Part shown: piece after piece, positions 46,349 through 57,522 of the stretch
How the letters are laid out: each line of letters begins with the position of its first letter
Numbering within the stretch: position 1 is the stretch's first letter
From: Nitrospirota bacterium
Lineage (GTDB): Bacteria > Nitrospirota > UBA9217
Assembly (NCBI GenBank): GCA_963790205.1
Contig: CAWBNQ010000010.1
Span: forward strand, 93,948-157,947
Length of the DNA stretch: 64,000 nucleotides
Direction of reading: 5' to 3'
Notes under the pieces: model-generated
Databases searched by the model: none
Told to the model about the DNA's origin: nothing
The model's input: only the letters and a program-made list of their open reading frames with translations
Program-made: the position numbers and the translations under genes

Positions 46349-47821
46349 CTAGAGGCCCGATGCGAGACCCGGCATTTTCCTCTCCACAGGCAGATACACG
46401 CGAAAGGTGGATCCCTCACCCACCTTGCTTTCGACCTCGATCCGGCCGCCATGATTCTGAACGATCATATAACTGACCGACAGACCGAGACCCGTTCCCT
46501 CTCCTTCAAGCCGCGTGGTGAAGAAGGGGTCGAATATCTTATCCAGCTGAGATTCAGGAATGCCGACCCCGGTATCGATGAACTCAACGACCACGACCTC
46601 CTTACCCGCCATATCCCTGCCGTTCACGCATCGGATCCTGAACGTGCCGCCGCTTGGCATGGCGAAGAATGCATTATTAATGAGGTTGACAAAAACGTTT
46701 TTCATTTCGTCGGGGTCCACCGCCACAGCCGGAAGCCCGTCCGTGCATTCCGCTATTATCTTGACATTCGTCGGGCGTGCCTGCCCGTTGAGGAACTTCA
46801 GCGTATCCTGTACAAGACTGCGGACATCCGTCTTCACCAGAAGGGGCGGTCTCCGGCGGGCAAAGTTCAGAAGATTCTTAAGAATCTCTCTGGCGCGCAG
46901 AGTCTCGTGCTCAATGGTCTTGAGATGTTCCTTTTTGTCCGTTGGGATGTCATCGGACTTGAGCAGCAATCCGGTATAACCGAGCACGCCCGTAAGCGGG
47001 TTATTGACCTCATAGGCGATGTTCGCGGCAAGTTCTCCGATGGCGGCAAGTTTGGCGCTCTGTACAAGCTGCCGCTGAGACTGATGCAGGTTCCGCGTCA
47101 TCTCATTGAAGGCCTCTCCCAGCTCACGGAATTCACTGCCGGGGCTGTCATGGATATCCACCCGATACTGAAGCTCTCCGCGTGAGATACGCCTTATTGC
47201 CTCAAGAAGCTTCCTGAGCCTTCCATCGAGGCTTTTTGCGAGGACAACCGTGGCCACGAGCGCAAGAAGAAAACCGAGCAGGAGCGTGCCGCATAGCACG
47301 GTCCGCACCTCTCGGATGGTGCCCATCGTTTCTTGTGTCTTCTGCTGCAATCGGACATTTGCCGCGAAGGCCATGCCCTGGGTCATCGTAATAAGTTCCT
47401 GCCCCAGATCCTGCGCCCTGCGTTCAAGCGCCGCGATCTTCGCGGGGTTCGCAGAGGCGGTTACGAGACGGCTGATGGCGGTCTTGTAATCGTTCGCCAT
47501 ATCGCGCATCCCGAGAAGCCCCTGTGTCAGCTCCGGCGAATGGTGGCACCCTACGCAGGAATCCATGACTTTGTCCATCTCCTGCACCTGGGCGACAAGC
47601 ACGTCGACATCACCGCCGTTTCGCGTCTTGTTGCGGAAAATATTCGATTGAACCTGTTGGACGTGAATGATGAGATCTTCGCGCAGGATTTCTACTTGAT
47701 GGAGCAGGATCAGGCGGTCCATCCGCTGCGTGGTCCTGGTGATGTACACGACGGCAATCAGGCTTCCTGTCAAGAATATAAGGAGCAGTGAAGCGAACCC
47801 TATGAGAATTCTTTTTTTCAT
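46349..47821 (-). CDS. Sensor kinase-like protein with periplasmic CxxCH, HAMP, HisKA (His replaced by Tyr) and HATPase
   Basis: CVGCH between two TMs; IAYEVNNPL; NLINNA, DTGVG, FDPFFTT, GTGLGL. Confidence 0.9.
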   Translation of the reverse strand: MKKRILIGFASLLLIFLTGSLIAVVYITRTTQRMDRLILLHQVEILREDLIIHVQQVQSNIFRNKTRNGGDVDVLVAQVQEMDKVMDSCVGCHHSPELTQGLLGMRDMANDYKTAISRLVTASANPAKIAALERRAQDLGQELITMTQGMAFAANVRLQQKTQETMGTIREVRTVLCGTLLLGFLLALVATVVLAKSLDGRLRKLLEAIRRISRGELQYRVDIHDSPGSEFRELGEAFNEMTRNLHQSQRQLVQSAKLAAIGELAANIAYEVNNPLTGVLGYTGLLLKSDDIPTDKKEHLKTIEHETLRAREILKNLLNFARRRPPLLVKTDVRSLVQDTLKFLNGQARPTNVKIIAECTDGLPAVAVDPDEMKNVFVNLINNAFFAMPSGGTFRIRCVNGRDMAGKEVVVVEFIDTGVGIPESQLDKIFDPFFTTRLEGEGTGLGLSVSYMIVQNHGGRIEVESKVGEGSTFRVYLPVERKMPGLASGL

Positions 47822-47834
47822 TGATCGCTCTCAG

Positions 47835-48755
47835 TCACCTGTTTTCGTAACGGTATGTTTTAAAATCAATGCTCACCTGCGACGCAAGCTTATAGAGGTA
47901 CTCATAATCGCTGTCCCGCGTTTCAATAAAACCGCGGGCGCCGAATCTTCGCAATGTCTCCGTCCCTTCATCGTTCGTATCCATCTCGAGCAGCGCCTGC
48001 TGGAGCGCGCTCTTGAGTTCCGGGTCGAGGTCTTTGCGCACCGCAAGACAGTTCTGAGGAACAACGCCGGAAGCTGCGAGAATAACCAGCTCCTTCTCAA
48101 TCCGGGGATTTTCGGCGGACAGTTGATCATAGATGGTATTCTTGGCTGCGCCGATGTCCGCTTCTTTGTTCAGCACCGCCAATATGGCGGCATCATGGCT
48201 GCCGGCGAAAAAGCTTTCTCCGAGAAAAGTATGCGGGTTGGAAATCCCATGCACCCTAAAGTAAGCCAGCGGAAATAGATAGCCGGCCAAGGTCGCACGC
48301 TCGACAAAGGCGAAGCGCTTGCCTTTCATATCTGCGGCACTCCTGATGCCGCTGTCCTTTCGTACGAAGATGTAACCATGGTAGGTTGAAGTTCCATCAA
48401 GATTTACCGGTCTGACAAGAGGTTCGACACCGAGCTGACGGTGGGCCAGAGCATAGGTAAAACTGCCGAAAAAAGCACCATCCATCTTTTCAGAGGAAAA
48501 GTGCTCCGTGATATTACCATACCTGCTCAGGCTGGTAAAATTAACAGTGATTCCGAGTCTATCGAAGAGATACTTTTTAAGGACTTGGTAGCGTTCACGC
48601 TGGCGGAAAACGTTCTGTTCAGGGATCAGTCCGATCAGAAGCTCTTGTTGTCCAAACGCCTTTTCCAAATGGCGCTCCCGCTGCGATTTTTCGCAACCGG
48701 TCGCAAGCTCGGCAAAAACAATCAGCACAACAATGATTACCCTGAAACGTATCAT
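47835..48755 (-). CDS. PhnD-like phosphate/phosphonate-binding lipoprotein
   Basis: Lipobox-like ATGC; GKRFAF..TLAGYLFP, FAGSHDA. Confidence 0.85.
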   Translation of the reverse strand: MIRFRVIIVVLIVFAELATGCEKSQRERHLEKAFGQQELLIGLIPEQNVFRQRERYQVLKKYLFDRLGITVNFTSLSRYGNITEHFSSEKMDGAFFGSFTYALAHRQLGVEPLVRPVNLDGTSTYHGYIFVRKDSGIRSAADMKGKRFAFVERATLAGYLFPLAYFRVHGISNPHTFLGESFFAGSHDAAILAVLNKEADIGAAKNTIYDQLSAENPRIEKELVILAASGVVPQNCLAVRKDLDPELKSALQQALLEMDTNDEGTETLRRFGARGFIETRDSDYEYLYKLASQVSIDFKTYRYENR

Positions 48756-48767
48756 CGTCTTCTCCGG

Positions 48768-50885
48768 CTAAATTTTTTGTTGTCGAGGCATCAAGACAGG
48801 TCTTTTATAGAGCGGAAGAAAAACCTTAAACACAGTTCCCCTCCCGACCTCGCTCTCGACCTCGATTCTGCCCCCGTGGTTCTGAACAATCCGATAGCTG
48901 ATGGAAAGTCCGAGTCCGGTACCATCTCCATTTTCTTTCGTGGAGAAAAAAGGCTCGAAAATCTTTTTCCTGTTTTCCGGCAAAATACCGACGCCGGTAT
49001 CGGCAAACTCTATCAGGGCCTCGTGATGGGCCCCCGTAGTGAGACATATTCGAAGGTCGCCGCCCCGCGGCATGGCTTGAAACGCATTATTGATGATGTT
49101 GATAAATACCTGTTTCATCTCGTTGGTATCGATGCTTACCATGACGGGCGATTCGCGGTATTCTTCGTGTATTTTCACTGATGCCGACTCAGCAGCACCT
49201 TGAACAAAAGCCGCCGTTTCCTTGAGCGGCAACACGATGTCGGACGGTTGCATCCATGATGTCTTCTGGCGCGAAAAATCGAGGAGATTGCGGATAATTT
49301 TTCTCACCCTCAGGGTTTCCTGTTCCATCATCCCCAGGACCCTCTTCGGCGAGTCTGGCAGTTCAAGTGTCTTCAGAAGATGGGTCGTATAGCCGAGCAC
49401 GCTCGTGAGCGGATTATTGACCTCATGTGCCACATTGGCTGCCAGCTCTCCGATGGCAGCCATCTTGGTCGAATGCACCAACTGTTCCTGGGCGTTATGC
49501 AGCTCGCTCATTTTTCCCATCAGGTCGGTATAAAGCGAGGCATTCTGCAGCGCAGCGCCAACCAAGTTGGAAAATACCGTGAAGAGCCTGAGATCATGCT
49601 TGTCGAAACAGGTGCCGCCTTTTTTGTTCACAGCGGTCAGCAAGCCCGTCATCGTGTTCGACGACCAGAGCGGGACTATCATAATGCATTTGATGCCGAG
49701 GGATTTCATGAGGTTGCTGTCAAGCCGGAAATCGGACTGCGCGTCCGGTATCAAAAGCGGCGTACCGTAACAGGCGAGCCAGTTGTAGATCCCGCCGCCC
49801 TCCAGAGGTATATCCATGTCCTTCAGCGCCTTAGCCTTGCTCCCATATACTCCCATATATTTTAACATTCGAATATTGCTGTCAATGATGGCCACCGAGG
49901 TCGTATCCGCCCTTACGAGGTCTTCAGCCCGTGCGGCAATTTTGACGAGCATCGCTTCGAGATCGAGGCTTTCCATAAGATCGAATCCTGCAGTGTGGAG
50001 GATGAACAGGTCCTTATTGCCACGTGAGAGGCTGAGTTCCCGTTGCTTCAAGGCGAGCGCCATCTGATTGAACGCACGGCCAAGCTTGCTGATTTCGTCC
50101 CTCCCTTTGACGGGAAGCGGGGAGTCCCAATTCTGCTGGCTGAGCTTTTCAACTGCATCACTAAGCTGTAAAATGGGTCTGGTAATGCCTAGGGCGATGA
50201 TCTGGCTGAACGCCGCGCCAGCGAGGAAAATACCGAGCAGAACGATGACGGCTTGCTTCGCGATCCCGAATAATTTCTTTTCATATCTTTGGCTGGTGAT
50301 GCCGACGCGCACAAAGCCAACCCGTTCATTGCCTGCCAGAACAGGAACTGTGAGATCGCAGATCACGGCTTTTTTGATGAAACGAGGCCCCTGCGTCTGT
50401 CTCGCTTCGCGACTCAACGCTGCTTCGTTCAACACAGTTCGGTTGCCGAAGGAAAGCAGGGCGGAAGAGGAATCGCTGTTAAAAAATGCTCCTGCAGCGT
50501 TGCTCCCGATGAGGAGTTCCCCCTTAGGGTTATATACCATAAGGTAGAGCAGGTCGCCGCCGTATGACGTGTCTTCATGTCCTGCGAAATGAGGCTTTAG
50601 CTTCTTGTAAAGATCGAGCTTATTGCCGGTAATGATGTCATCAACGGCTAATGCAGAGAACTCCTTGGCCATATACAGCGACCTACCTTGTATTTCTGCA
50701 TCAAGCGCCTTTTTCCCCTGCCAAAAAAAGAAAGCGCCAACCAGCACGGCGACCAGAACAAGAGCGGTGGACATAAAAAAAGACACCCTGCATCCGACGC
50801 TTCCCCACCAGCGTGCGATGGCACGGCGGGCCCACTCTGATAAAATAGAGAGTATGTTTCTTGTATCCGTCATAGAGCGCGCCAT
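48768..50885 (-). CDS. Sensor histidine kinase (2 TM, HAMP, GAF, HisKA, HATPase)
   Basis: DEISKLGRAFNQM, NKK..FDKHD, VAHEVNNPL, GTGLGL; start uncertain. Confidence 0.92.
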   Translation of the reverse strand: MARSMTDTRNILSILSEWARRAIARWWGSVGCRVSFFMSTALVLVAVLVGAFFFWQGKKALDAEIQGRSLYMAKEFSALAVDDIITGNKLDLYKKLKPHFAGHEDTSYGGDLLYLMVYNPKGELLIGSNAAGAFFNSDSSSALLSFGNRTVLNEAALSREARQTQGPRFIKKAVICDLTVPVLAGNERVGFVRVGITSQRYEKKLFGIAKQAVIVLLGIFLAGAAFSQIIALGITRPILQLSDAVEKLSQQNWDSPLPVKGRDEISKLGRAFNQMALALKQRELSLSRGNKDLFILHTAGFDLMESLDLEAMLVKIAARAEDLVRADTTSVAIIDSNIRMLKYMGVYGSKAKALKDMDIPLEGGGIYNWLACYGTPLLIPDAQSDFRLDSNLMKSLGIKCIMIVPLWSSNTMTGLLTAVNKKGGTCFDKHDLRLFTVFSNLVGAALQNASLYTDLMGKMSELHNAQEQLVHSTKMAAIGELAANVAHEVNNPLTSVLGYTTHLLKTLELPDSPKRVLGMMEQETLRVRKIIRNLLDFSRQKTSWMQPSDIVLPLKETAAFVQGAAESASVKIHEEYRESPVMVSIDTNEMKQVFINIINNAFQAMPRGGDLRICLTTGAHHEALIEFADTGVGILPENRKKIFEPFFSTKENGDGTGLGLSISYRIVQNHGGRIEVESEVGRGTVFKVFLPLYKRPVLMPRQQKI

Positions 50886-50936
50886 TTACATGAGTTGTTT
50901 TATAGTAACATAAAAGCAACTTCCTGTAAACGCAAT

Positions 50937-50965
50937 AAAAAAAGGCAAGGGTAATCCCTTGCCTT
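50937..50965 (-). terminator. Intrinsic terminator of the ribosomal protein/alpha operon
   Basis: AAGGCAAGGG/CCCTTGCCTT stem followed by a T-run on the minus strand. Confidence 0.8.
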
Positions 50966-51062
50966 CTCATCACATTGCATATCATCCGGCAGTCGATGAC
51001 CGGAGCGAATAATATCCACTATCCTGCCGGCCTAGTGCGCGTAACAATCCCGGACTACTCTG

Positions 51063-51470
51063 TTACGAAGTCTTGGCCTTTTTAGTTTCCTTGGGTTCTG
51101 CGCCTTCTTTTTTCTGGCGTTCGACCAGTTCGATAACGGCCATCGGAGCAGCGTCCCCGAATCTGGTCCGCGTCAGCACAATTCTTGTATATCCCCCGCT
51201 GCGAGCGGTAAAGCGCGGTGCGATCTGCGTAAATAACCCCCTCACCACTATTTCATCGTTGATGAAGCTGAGGGCCTGGCGACGCGCGTGCAAATCCCCA
51301 CGCTTGGCAAGCGTAATCATTTTTTCGGCCAAGGGACGAATTTCCTTGGCTTTCGCGACCGTCGTCTCAATCTTTTCGTTTTTGAGCAGCGACGTAACGA
51401 GCATCCTGAGCAACGCCTTCCGGTGGCTCGTATCTCTTCCAAACTGCCTGCCTGCGCATCCATGTCTCAT
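51063..51470 (-). CDS. rplQ: 50S ribosomal protein L17
   Basis: [23 protein letters not shown]. Confidence 0.98.
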   Translation of the reverse strand: MRHGCAGRQFGRDTSHRKALLRMLVTSLLKNEKIETTVAKAKEIRPLAEKMITLAKRGDLHARRQALSFINDEIVVRGLFTQIAPRFTARSGGYTRIVLTRTRFGDAAPMAVIELVERQKKEGAEPKETKKAKTS

Positions 51471-51500
51471 ATCAGCATCCTTCTCTTACCGGTAATTGTA

Positions 51501-52523
51501 TTATGCCTCGCTCGGCTTTTCCGCCAGAAGCCTTCTGGCCTCGGCAACGATTTTATCATCAACCTTCATTCCCAGTGAAAGGCCCATCTCGGCGAGTATC
51601 TCTTTAATTTCATTCAAGGACTTTCTGCCGAAATTCTTGGTTTTGAGCATCTCGCTCTCGGTCTTCTGCACCATTTCCGCAATCGTCTCAATTCCCGCAT
51701 TTTTTAGACAGTTAGCCGCCCGTACGGAGAGTTCCAGTTCATTCACGCTGCGCAGAAGGTTCTCGTTGAACGAAGGAGTCTTTTTGATCTCCTCTTCCAT
51801 GGCCGGGACCTCTTCTTCTTCCTCGGGCAGGTGAATAAAAATGGACAGGTGGTCCTTCAACAGTTTTGCGGCATGGGCCACGGCATCGTCGGGACGGATG
51901 CTCCCATCGGTCCATACTTCGAGGACGAGCTTATCGTAGTCCGTCTCCTGTCCCACCCGGGCATTCTCCACTTTGAAGTTAACCTTCCGGATCGGCGAGA
52001 AGATGGAGTCGATCGGGATAACGCCGATCGGCTGCCCCGCTTCCTTGTTCTTGTCCGAAGCGACGTAGCCCCGGCCCCGGCGGGCGCGCATTTCAACCTC
52101 AAGCTTTCCGTTTTTGTCGATTGTGGCAATGTGAAGATCAGGGTTCAGGATCTCCACCTCGGCATCGGCCTCGATATCTTTTGCCGTAACAGCGCCCGCC
52201 CCTTTAGCCTTGAGCGTAAGCGTCTTGGATTTGTCGGTATGGAGCTTCAACCTTATCTCTTTCAGGTTGAGAATCAGGTCGGTGGTGTCTTCAATAACAC
52301 CGGAGATGCTCGAAAATTCGTGTTGCACTCCGGCAATCTTCAATGAAGTGATGGCCGAACCCTCAAGAGACGACAGAAGCACCCGGCGCAGTGAATTCCC
52401 GAGGGTGGTCCCGAAGCCTCGCTCCAGCGGCTCAGCGATGAATTTTCCGTACGTGTCGGTTATTTTTTTTGGATCATACTGTAGTTTTTTAGGCATCTGG
52501 AAATCTTTGGCTTTTTTGAGCAT
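51501..52523 (-). CDS. rpoA: RNA polymerase subunit alpha
   Basis: [33 protein letters not shown]. Confidence 0.98.
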   Translation of the reverse strand: MLKKAKDFQMPKKLQYDPKKITDTYGKFIAEPLERGFGTTLGNSLRRVLLSSLEGSAITSLKIAGVQHEFSSISGVIEDTTDLILNLKEIRLKLHTDKSKTLTLKAKGAGAVTAKDIEADAEVEILNPDLHIATIDKNGKLEVEMRARRGRGYVASDKNKEAGQPIGVIPIDSIFSPIRKVNFKVENARVGQETDYDKLVLEVWTDGSIRPDDAVAHAAKLLKDHLSIFIHLPEEEEEVPAMEEEIKKTPSFNENLLRSVNELELSVRAANCLKNAGIETIAEMVQKTESEMLKTKNFGRKSLNEIKEILAEMGLSLGMKVDDKIVAEARRLLAEKPSEA

Positions 52524-52644
52524 TATTCCTCCATAGCGGAGTGAAAAAACATTTTAAGAGACTGTTATGATAAGACCTGCGGGCGCCGCATCCCTGCGGA
52601 CGCCGATCAGTCTCCTGAAGTGGTGTACTCTTAGGTGCCCGGGC

Positions 52645-53274
52645 CTACTTAGAATAAAGCTCGACCACCAACTGCTCTTTAACCGTCGGCATCGTCGATT
52701 CATCCCTGGCCGGCAATGCCAGCACCTTGCCCTTGAACTGAGCCTTATCGATCTCGAGCCAGCTAGGGAAACCGCGCTTCTCCACTGCGGCTAGCGTCTG
52801 TTGTATTTGGGCGATGTTTCTGCTCTTTTCACGCAGTTCCACGACATCTCCTGCCTTGAGCAGGTACGAAGGGATATTGACTTTTCTTCCATTCACGAGC
52901 AAGTGCCCGTGCCGTACCAGCTGCCGCGCCTCCTTCTTGGCCCCGGCGAACCCCATCCGCTGTACCACGCTATCAAGCCTGCGCTCCAGGATTTGCAGGA
53001 GGTTGTCTCCGGTGATGCCCTTCATGCGCTCCGCCTTCTCGAAATAGCCGCGAAACTGCCGTTCAAGAACTCCGTAAATGCGACGGATTTTCTGCTTTTC
53101 TCTGAGCTGTAAACTGTACTCGGAATGTTTTACGCGTCCCTGACCATGCTGTCCCGGCGGATAACTCCGCCTGGTAATGCCGCATTTGTCCGTATAACAG
53201 CGCTCGGCCTTCAAAAAGAGCTTGACGCCCTCTCTCCTGCAGAGCTTGCAGACTGATCCTATATACCGTGCCAA
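52645..53274 (-). CDS. rpsD: 30S ribosomal protein S4
   Basis: [22 protein letters not shown]. Confidence 0.98.
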   Translation of the reverse strand: MARYIGSVCKLCRREGVKLFLKAERCYTDKCGITRRSYPPGQHGQGRVKHSEYSLQLREKQKIRRIYGVLERQFRGYFEKAERMKGITGDNLLQILERRLDSVVQRMGFAGAKKEARQLVRHGHLLVNGRKVNIPSYLLKAGDVVELREKSRNIAQIQQTLAAVEKRGFPSWLEIDKAQFKGKVLALPARDESTMPTVKEQLVVELYSK

Positions 53275-53302
53275 GTGGTTCCTCCGTTTCTCGCTTTGCG
53301 AG

Positions 53303-53392
53303 AATTGTAAAATGAAAATTGAAAATTTTAAATTGCGAATCTAGTTCTCTTTTTATCGTTAAATTTCCAATTTACAATTTCCAATTTTCAAT
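53303..53392. repeat. Inverted arrays of degenerate 7-mers
   Basis: AATTG(T/A)A-type units facing AATTT(C/A)C-type units. Confidence 0.65.
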
Positions 53393-53405
53393 GCGGCTAT
53401 GCCGT

Positions 53406-53783
53406 CTACACCCTTCTTCGTTTCGGCGGCCTGCACCCGTTGTGGGGGATAGGCGTTACATCTTTTATCGCCACAATTTCAAGCCCTGCCGCCTGAATTG
53501 AGCGAATGGCCGACTCACGGCCCGTACCCGGACCTTTGACGTAGACTTCTACCTGCCGCATGCCGTGCTCCATGGCTTTTTTTGCAGCAGTCTCCGCAGC
53601 AAGCTGTGAGGCAAACGGCGTGCTTTTCCGCGATCCTTTGAAGCCCTTATTGCCGGCGCTCGACCACGTAATAACGTTTCCTGCCGTATCCGTGATCGTT
53701 ACGATTGTATTGTTAAACGATGCATGGATATGCGCTATCCCATTGGCCACGTTCTTTCTCTCTTTGCCCTTCTTGGCCATCAC
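53406..53783 (-). CDS. rpsK: 30S ribosomal protein S11
   Basis: [26 protein letters not shown]. Confidence 0.98.
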   Translation of the reverse strand: MMAKKGKERKNVANGIAHIHASFNNTIVTITDTAGNVITWSSAGNKGFKGSRKSTPFASQLAAETAAKKAMEHGMRQVEVYVKGPGTGRESAIRSIQAAGLEIVAIKDVTPIPHNGCRPPKRRRV

Positions 53784-53854
53784 TCCTCCTCATTGAAATA
53801 CACCGTATGCCGCTGCCTGCACACCCGGGGTCATCAGCCTCAACACTGAGCGTG

Positions 53855-54247
53855 TTACTTCTTCGCCAGCGTTTTTTTCTTGCCTCTGCCCGACATCGCG
53901 GATTTCTTCGGTCCTTTTCGCGTCCTTGCGTTCGTCTTTGTCCTCTGTCCCCGCGCCGGCAATCCCCTGCGATGCCGGAGACCGCGGTAGCTGCCGATGT
54001 CCATCAAACGCTTGATGTGCATCGTAACATCTCTCCGGAGGTCTCCCTCCACCGTATAGTCGCGATCAAGAATAGCGCGGATCTTCACGATATCGGATTC
54101 GGTAATGTTCCCGCTCTTGGTGGTGGGGTCAATCCCCGTCTCCGCAAGAATCTTTTTTGCCGATGACGGACCTATGCCGTAGATATAGGTAAGACCGATC
54201 TCTATTTTTTTGTCCTTCGGTAAATCAACACCGGAAATTCGTGCCAC
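53855..54247 (-). CDS. rpsM: 30S ribosomal protein S13
   Basis: [23 protein letters not shown]. Confidence 0.98.
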   Translation of the reverse strand: MARISGVDLPKDKKIEIGLTYIYGIGPSSAKKILAETGIDPTTKSGNITESDIVKIRAILDRDYTVEGDLRRDVTMHIKRLMDIGSYRGLRHRRGLPARGQRTKTNARTRKGPKKSAMSGRGKKKTLAKK

Positions 54248-54332
54248 GTTTCCTCCTCACGGTAAACAAATCCGAAACACTAAACCCGAAATCCTATGCG
54301 GTGAACGGTTTAGGATTTCGAAATTGGTTTTA

Positions 54333-54446
54333 TCATCCCTGACGCTGCTTATGGCGTGCATTCTCACAGATAACACGCACAATGCCTTTGCGGCGAATAA
54401 TTGAGCATTTTGGACAAATTTTTCGTACTGATGAGCGAACTTTCAT
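54333..54446 (-). CDS. rpmJ: 50S ribosomal protein L36 (not in ORF track)
   Basis: Hand translation [37 protein letters not shown]. Confidence 0.97.
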   Translation of the reverse strand: MKVRSSVRKICPKCSIIRRKGIVRVICENARHKQRQG

Positions 54447-54494
54447 AATTGCTACCATCCCGTTCTGTATTTTTTCCGACCCGCATTCCCGGTA

Positions 54495-54713
54495 TCATTT
54501 AAACCGGTAGGTAATCCTGCCTCGCGTCAGATCATAGGGGGTGAGTTCCACAGTCACCTTGTCTCCCGGCAATATCTTAATAAAGTGCATCCTCATCTTG
54601 CCTGATATGTGAGCGAGTATCTTATGGCCGTTCTCTATCTCTACGCGAAACATGGCATTGGGGAGTGTTTCCAGAACCGTGCCTTGTACTTCTATGGAGT
54701 CTTCTTTAGCCAT
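54495..54713 (-). CDS. infA: Translation initiation factor IF-1
   Basis: [24 protein letters not shown]. Confidence 0.98.
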   Translation of the reverse strand: MAKEDSIEVQGTVLETLPNAMFRVEIENGHKILAHISGKMRMHFIKILPGDKVTVELTPYDLTRGRITYRFK

Positions 54714-54765
54714 ATCCTCTCAAATTTTCTCACCGGGCTACCGTAATGGCCGCCAGCAGCATGCT

Positions 54766-55515
54766 CTATTTCTGTGTCAGTATCCACGGACCTTCCGGCA
54801 TCACTGCCAGGGTATGTTCAAAGTGCGCAGAGAGGCTTCCATCTGCGGTCACCGCTGTCCAGCCATCCTCCTTTACCACCGTTGCACTGCCGCCCCTGTT
54901 GACCATCGGTTCAATGGCGAATACCATGCCGGACTTTATTTTCGGTCCCTGCCCCCGCTCACCGAAGTTCGGGATCTGGGGGTCCTCATGCATATTTCTT
55001 CCGATGCCGTGCCCTACAAATTCCCGTACCACCGAGTAACCGTTCGACTCGACATGACTTTGTACGGCTGCAGAGATGTCGTAAAGCCGGTTTCCCGGCA
55101 GCGCCGCTGCGATCCCTTTATGCAACGCTTCTTCCGTTATCTTGATCAGACGCTCTGCTTCCGGGGCCACCTTGCCGACGGGAAAGGTCTTTGCCGCGTC
55201 ACCATAGAAACCTTCGACAATCGCCCCCACATCGACGCTGATAATATCGCCCTCGTGGAGGATAACATTCCTCGAAGGGATGCCGTGCACCACCTGATCG
55301 TTCAGAGAAGTACACAATGTTTTCGGGTATCCACGATAGCCCTTGAAGGCAGGCTGCGCCTTCGATGATACGATTACCTTCTCGGCAAATTCATCTAGGG
55401 CAAGGGTAGTGATACCCGGCCTGATCAGATCGCGAATATCGTCTAAAACGCTTGCGACGATCAGGCAGGCCTTGCGTATTTTTTCTATCTCCTGACGGGA
55501 CTTGAGGATAATCAT
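54766..55515 (-). CDS. map: Type I methionine aminopeptidase
   Basis: VVHGIP, GHGIG..HEDP, AIEPM, AHFEHT. Confidence 0.97.
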   Translation of the reverse strand: MIILKSRQEIEKIRKACLIVASVLDDIRDLIRPGITTLALDEFAEKVIVSSKAQPAFKGYRGYPKTLCTSLNDQVVHGIPSRNVILHEGDIISVDVGAIVEGFYGDAAKTFPVGKVAPEAERLIKITEEALHKGIAAALPGNRLYDISAAVQSHVESNGYSVVREFVGHGIGRNMHEDPQIPNFGERGQGPKIKSGMVFAIEPMVNRGGSATVVKEDGWTAVTADGSLSAHFEHTLAVMPEGPWILTQK

Positions 55516-55530
55516 GGGACAAAAGGACGA

Positions 55531-56829
55531 TCAACGCCTGCCCTTGACTGAAGCGCCCTTCAGGAAACCTCCGTAATGCCGCTGTATCAAGTGAGACTCA
55601 ATCTGCGATACCGTGTCGAGTGCGACGCCGATCACGATGAGGAGCGACGTCCCGCCGAAATAAAAGGGCACATTAAAAGCCTTGTAGAATATATCCGGCA
55701 GCACACAGACTGCCGACAGATAAAGCGCTCCGCCCAGCGTAATGCGGGTGAGCACGCGGTACAGATAATCGGAAGTCTTCTTGCCCGGCCTGATACCCGG
55801 GATGAAACCGCCGTATTTTTTCAAGTTATCCGCTATATCTACGGGGTTAAAAACGATCGCCGTATAAAAATACGCGAAGAATACGATCATTAACACGTAC
55901 ACCGTCGTATAGAGCGGCCTGCCCGGTGAAAGCTGTTGGGCAATCGAATGTATCCAGCCTACCTGGGCAAACCCGGCGATCGTAGCCGGGAACAGCAGAA
56001 TCGAGGACGCGAAAATCGGGGGAATCACGCCAGCCGAGTTGATCTTGAGCGGCAAGTGAGTGCTCTGCCCCTTGTATATCTTCCTGCCTACCATCCGTTG
56101 TGCGTACTGAACAGCAATCTTTCTCTGTCCCCGTTCCATGATTATGATAGCGGCAACGACAGCAACGATCAAGGCAATGATGACAAACACCATGAAATAC
56201 GCGATCTCGCCCGACCTGACAAGCTGGATGGTATTCGATACCGCCCGGGGGAAACCCGAAACAATGCCGGCAAAGATAATAAGCGAGATGCCGTTGCCGA
56301 TACCGCGCTCGGTTATTTGTTCTCCGAGCCACATGATGAAGGTCGTCCCGGCGGTCAGCGTGATCATGGTGAGAATCCGGAACGACCATCCTGTGGACTC
56401 TACGAATGCGCCGCCTCCCATCTTTTCGAGGCCGACCGCCATCCAGAAGGACTGGAAGCCGGAGATCAGAACGGTCCCGTACCGGGTATATTCGGTAATC
56501 TTCTTGCGGCCCGCCTCGCCCTCTTTTGCCAGCGCCTGGAGCCGCGGTATCACGACCGTAAGAAGCTGGAGCACGATCGAGGCCGTAATATAGGGCATGA
56601 TGCCGAGGGCAAAGATCGTGACCCGGGACAGCGCCCCGCCCGAGAACATATCAAAGAACCCCATCAAGCCGCCCGCTGCCTGGTGCAGGTACTGGCTGAG
56701 CGCTTCGCCTTTAATCCCCGGCGTCGGGATGTGCGCTCCGATACGATACACGGCAAGCATCAAAAGCGAAAAAAAAACGCGTTTCCTGAGCTCGGGGATG
56801 TTGAATATATTTTTTATACCGGAAAACAC
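55531..56829 (-). CDS. secY: Preprotein translocase SecY
   Basis: FALGIMPYITASI, GIGNGISL, GIRPG, FGGTSLLI. Confidence 0.98.
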   Translation of the reverse strand: MFSGIKNIFNIPELRKRVFFSLLMLAVYRIGAHIPTPGIKGEALSQYLHQAAGGLMGFFDMFSGGALSRVTIFALGIMPYITASIVLQLLTVVIPRLQALAKEGEAGRKKITEYTRYGTVLISGFQSFWMAVGLEKMGGGAFVESTGWSFRILTMITLTAGTTFIMWLGEQITERGIGNGISLIIFAGIVSGFPRAVSNTIQLVRSGEIAYFMVFVIIALIVAVVAAIIIMERGQRKIAVQYAQRMVGRKIYKGQSTHLPLKINSAGVIPPIFASSILLFPATIAGFAQVGWIHSIAQQLSPGRPLYTTVYVLMIVFFAYFYTAIVFNPVDIADNLKKYGGFIPGIRPGKKTSDYLYRVLTRITLGGALYLSAVCVLPDIFYKAFNVPFYFGGTSLLIVIGVALDTVSQIESHLIQRHYGGFLKGASVKGRR

Positions 56830-56832
56830 GCG

Positions 56833-57273
56833 TTAAATCACCTCGGCCTTTCCGCCGGCGGCCTGAATTTTTTCCATGGCGCTCTTGCTGAATTTATGCG
56901 CACGCACGGTAAGCTTGGTTTTCAGTTCACCCGTACCGAGTACCTTAAGCCCGTCTTTCATATCGTTGATCAGGCCCTTCTGTTTGAGCGTCTCGGGCGT
57001 CACGGGGTCTGAGCCGGTCACCTTGGCGAGGTCGTCGAGGTTCACGATAGCATACTCCTTGCGGAATATGTTGGTAAACCCTCTTTTCGGAATTCTGCGC
57101 TGAAGGGGCATCTGGCCGCCTTCAAAGCCGGCGCCCTTAACACCCCCGGAACGCGCCTTCTGTCCTTTATGTCCTTTTCCCGCGGTCTTGCCGGAGCCGG
57201 AACCGACCCCTCTGCCGACCCTCTTTGCTTTTTTCGTTGCCCCTTTTGCGGGCTTTAAATCTTCTAATCTCAT
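56833..57273 (-). CDS. rplO: 50S ribosomal protein L15
   Basis: [18 protein letters not shown]. Confidence 0.98.
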   Translation of the reverse strand: MRLEDLKPAKGATKKAKRVGRGVGSGSGKTAGKGHKGQKARSGGVKGAGFEGGQMPLQRRIPKRGFTNIFRKEYAIVNLDDLAKVTGSDPVTPETLKQKGLINDMKDGLKVLGTGELKTKLTVRAHKFSKSAMEKIQAAGGKAEVI

Positions 57274-57325
57274 AGTTTACTCACTGACTTGTCAATTTTA
57301 TATTCGTTTTTAAATGATGATGACG

Positions 57326-57520
57326 TTATGCTTCTTCCACCTTTACGAGGTGAGAAACCTTGTTGATCATTCCGCGTATCTGCGGCGTATCCATGCGAAC
57401 GACTGAATGGTTCAGTTTCCTGAGACCCAGTCCGATCAAAACAACCTTATGCTTCCCCGGTCGTGCTATGCCGCTCTTTACCAGCGTGATTTTAAGCTTT
57501 TTCGCGTCAGATTTTGCCAT
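57326..57520 (-). CDS. rpmD: 50S ribosomal protein L30
   Basis: [25 protein letters not shown]. Confidence 0.96.
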   Translation of the reverse strand: MAKSDAKKLKITLVKSGIARPGKHKVVLIGLGLRKLNHSVVRMDTPQIRGMINKVSHLVKVEEA

Positions 57521-57522
57521 GC

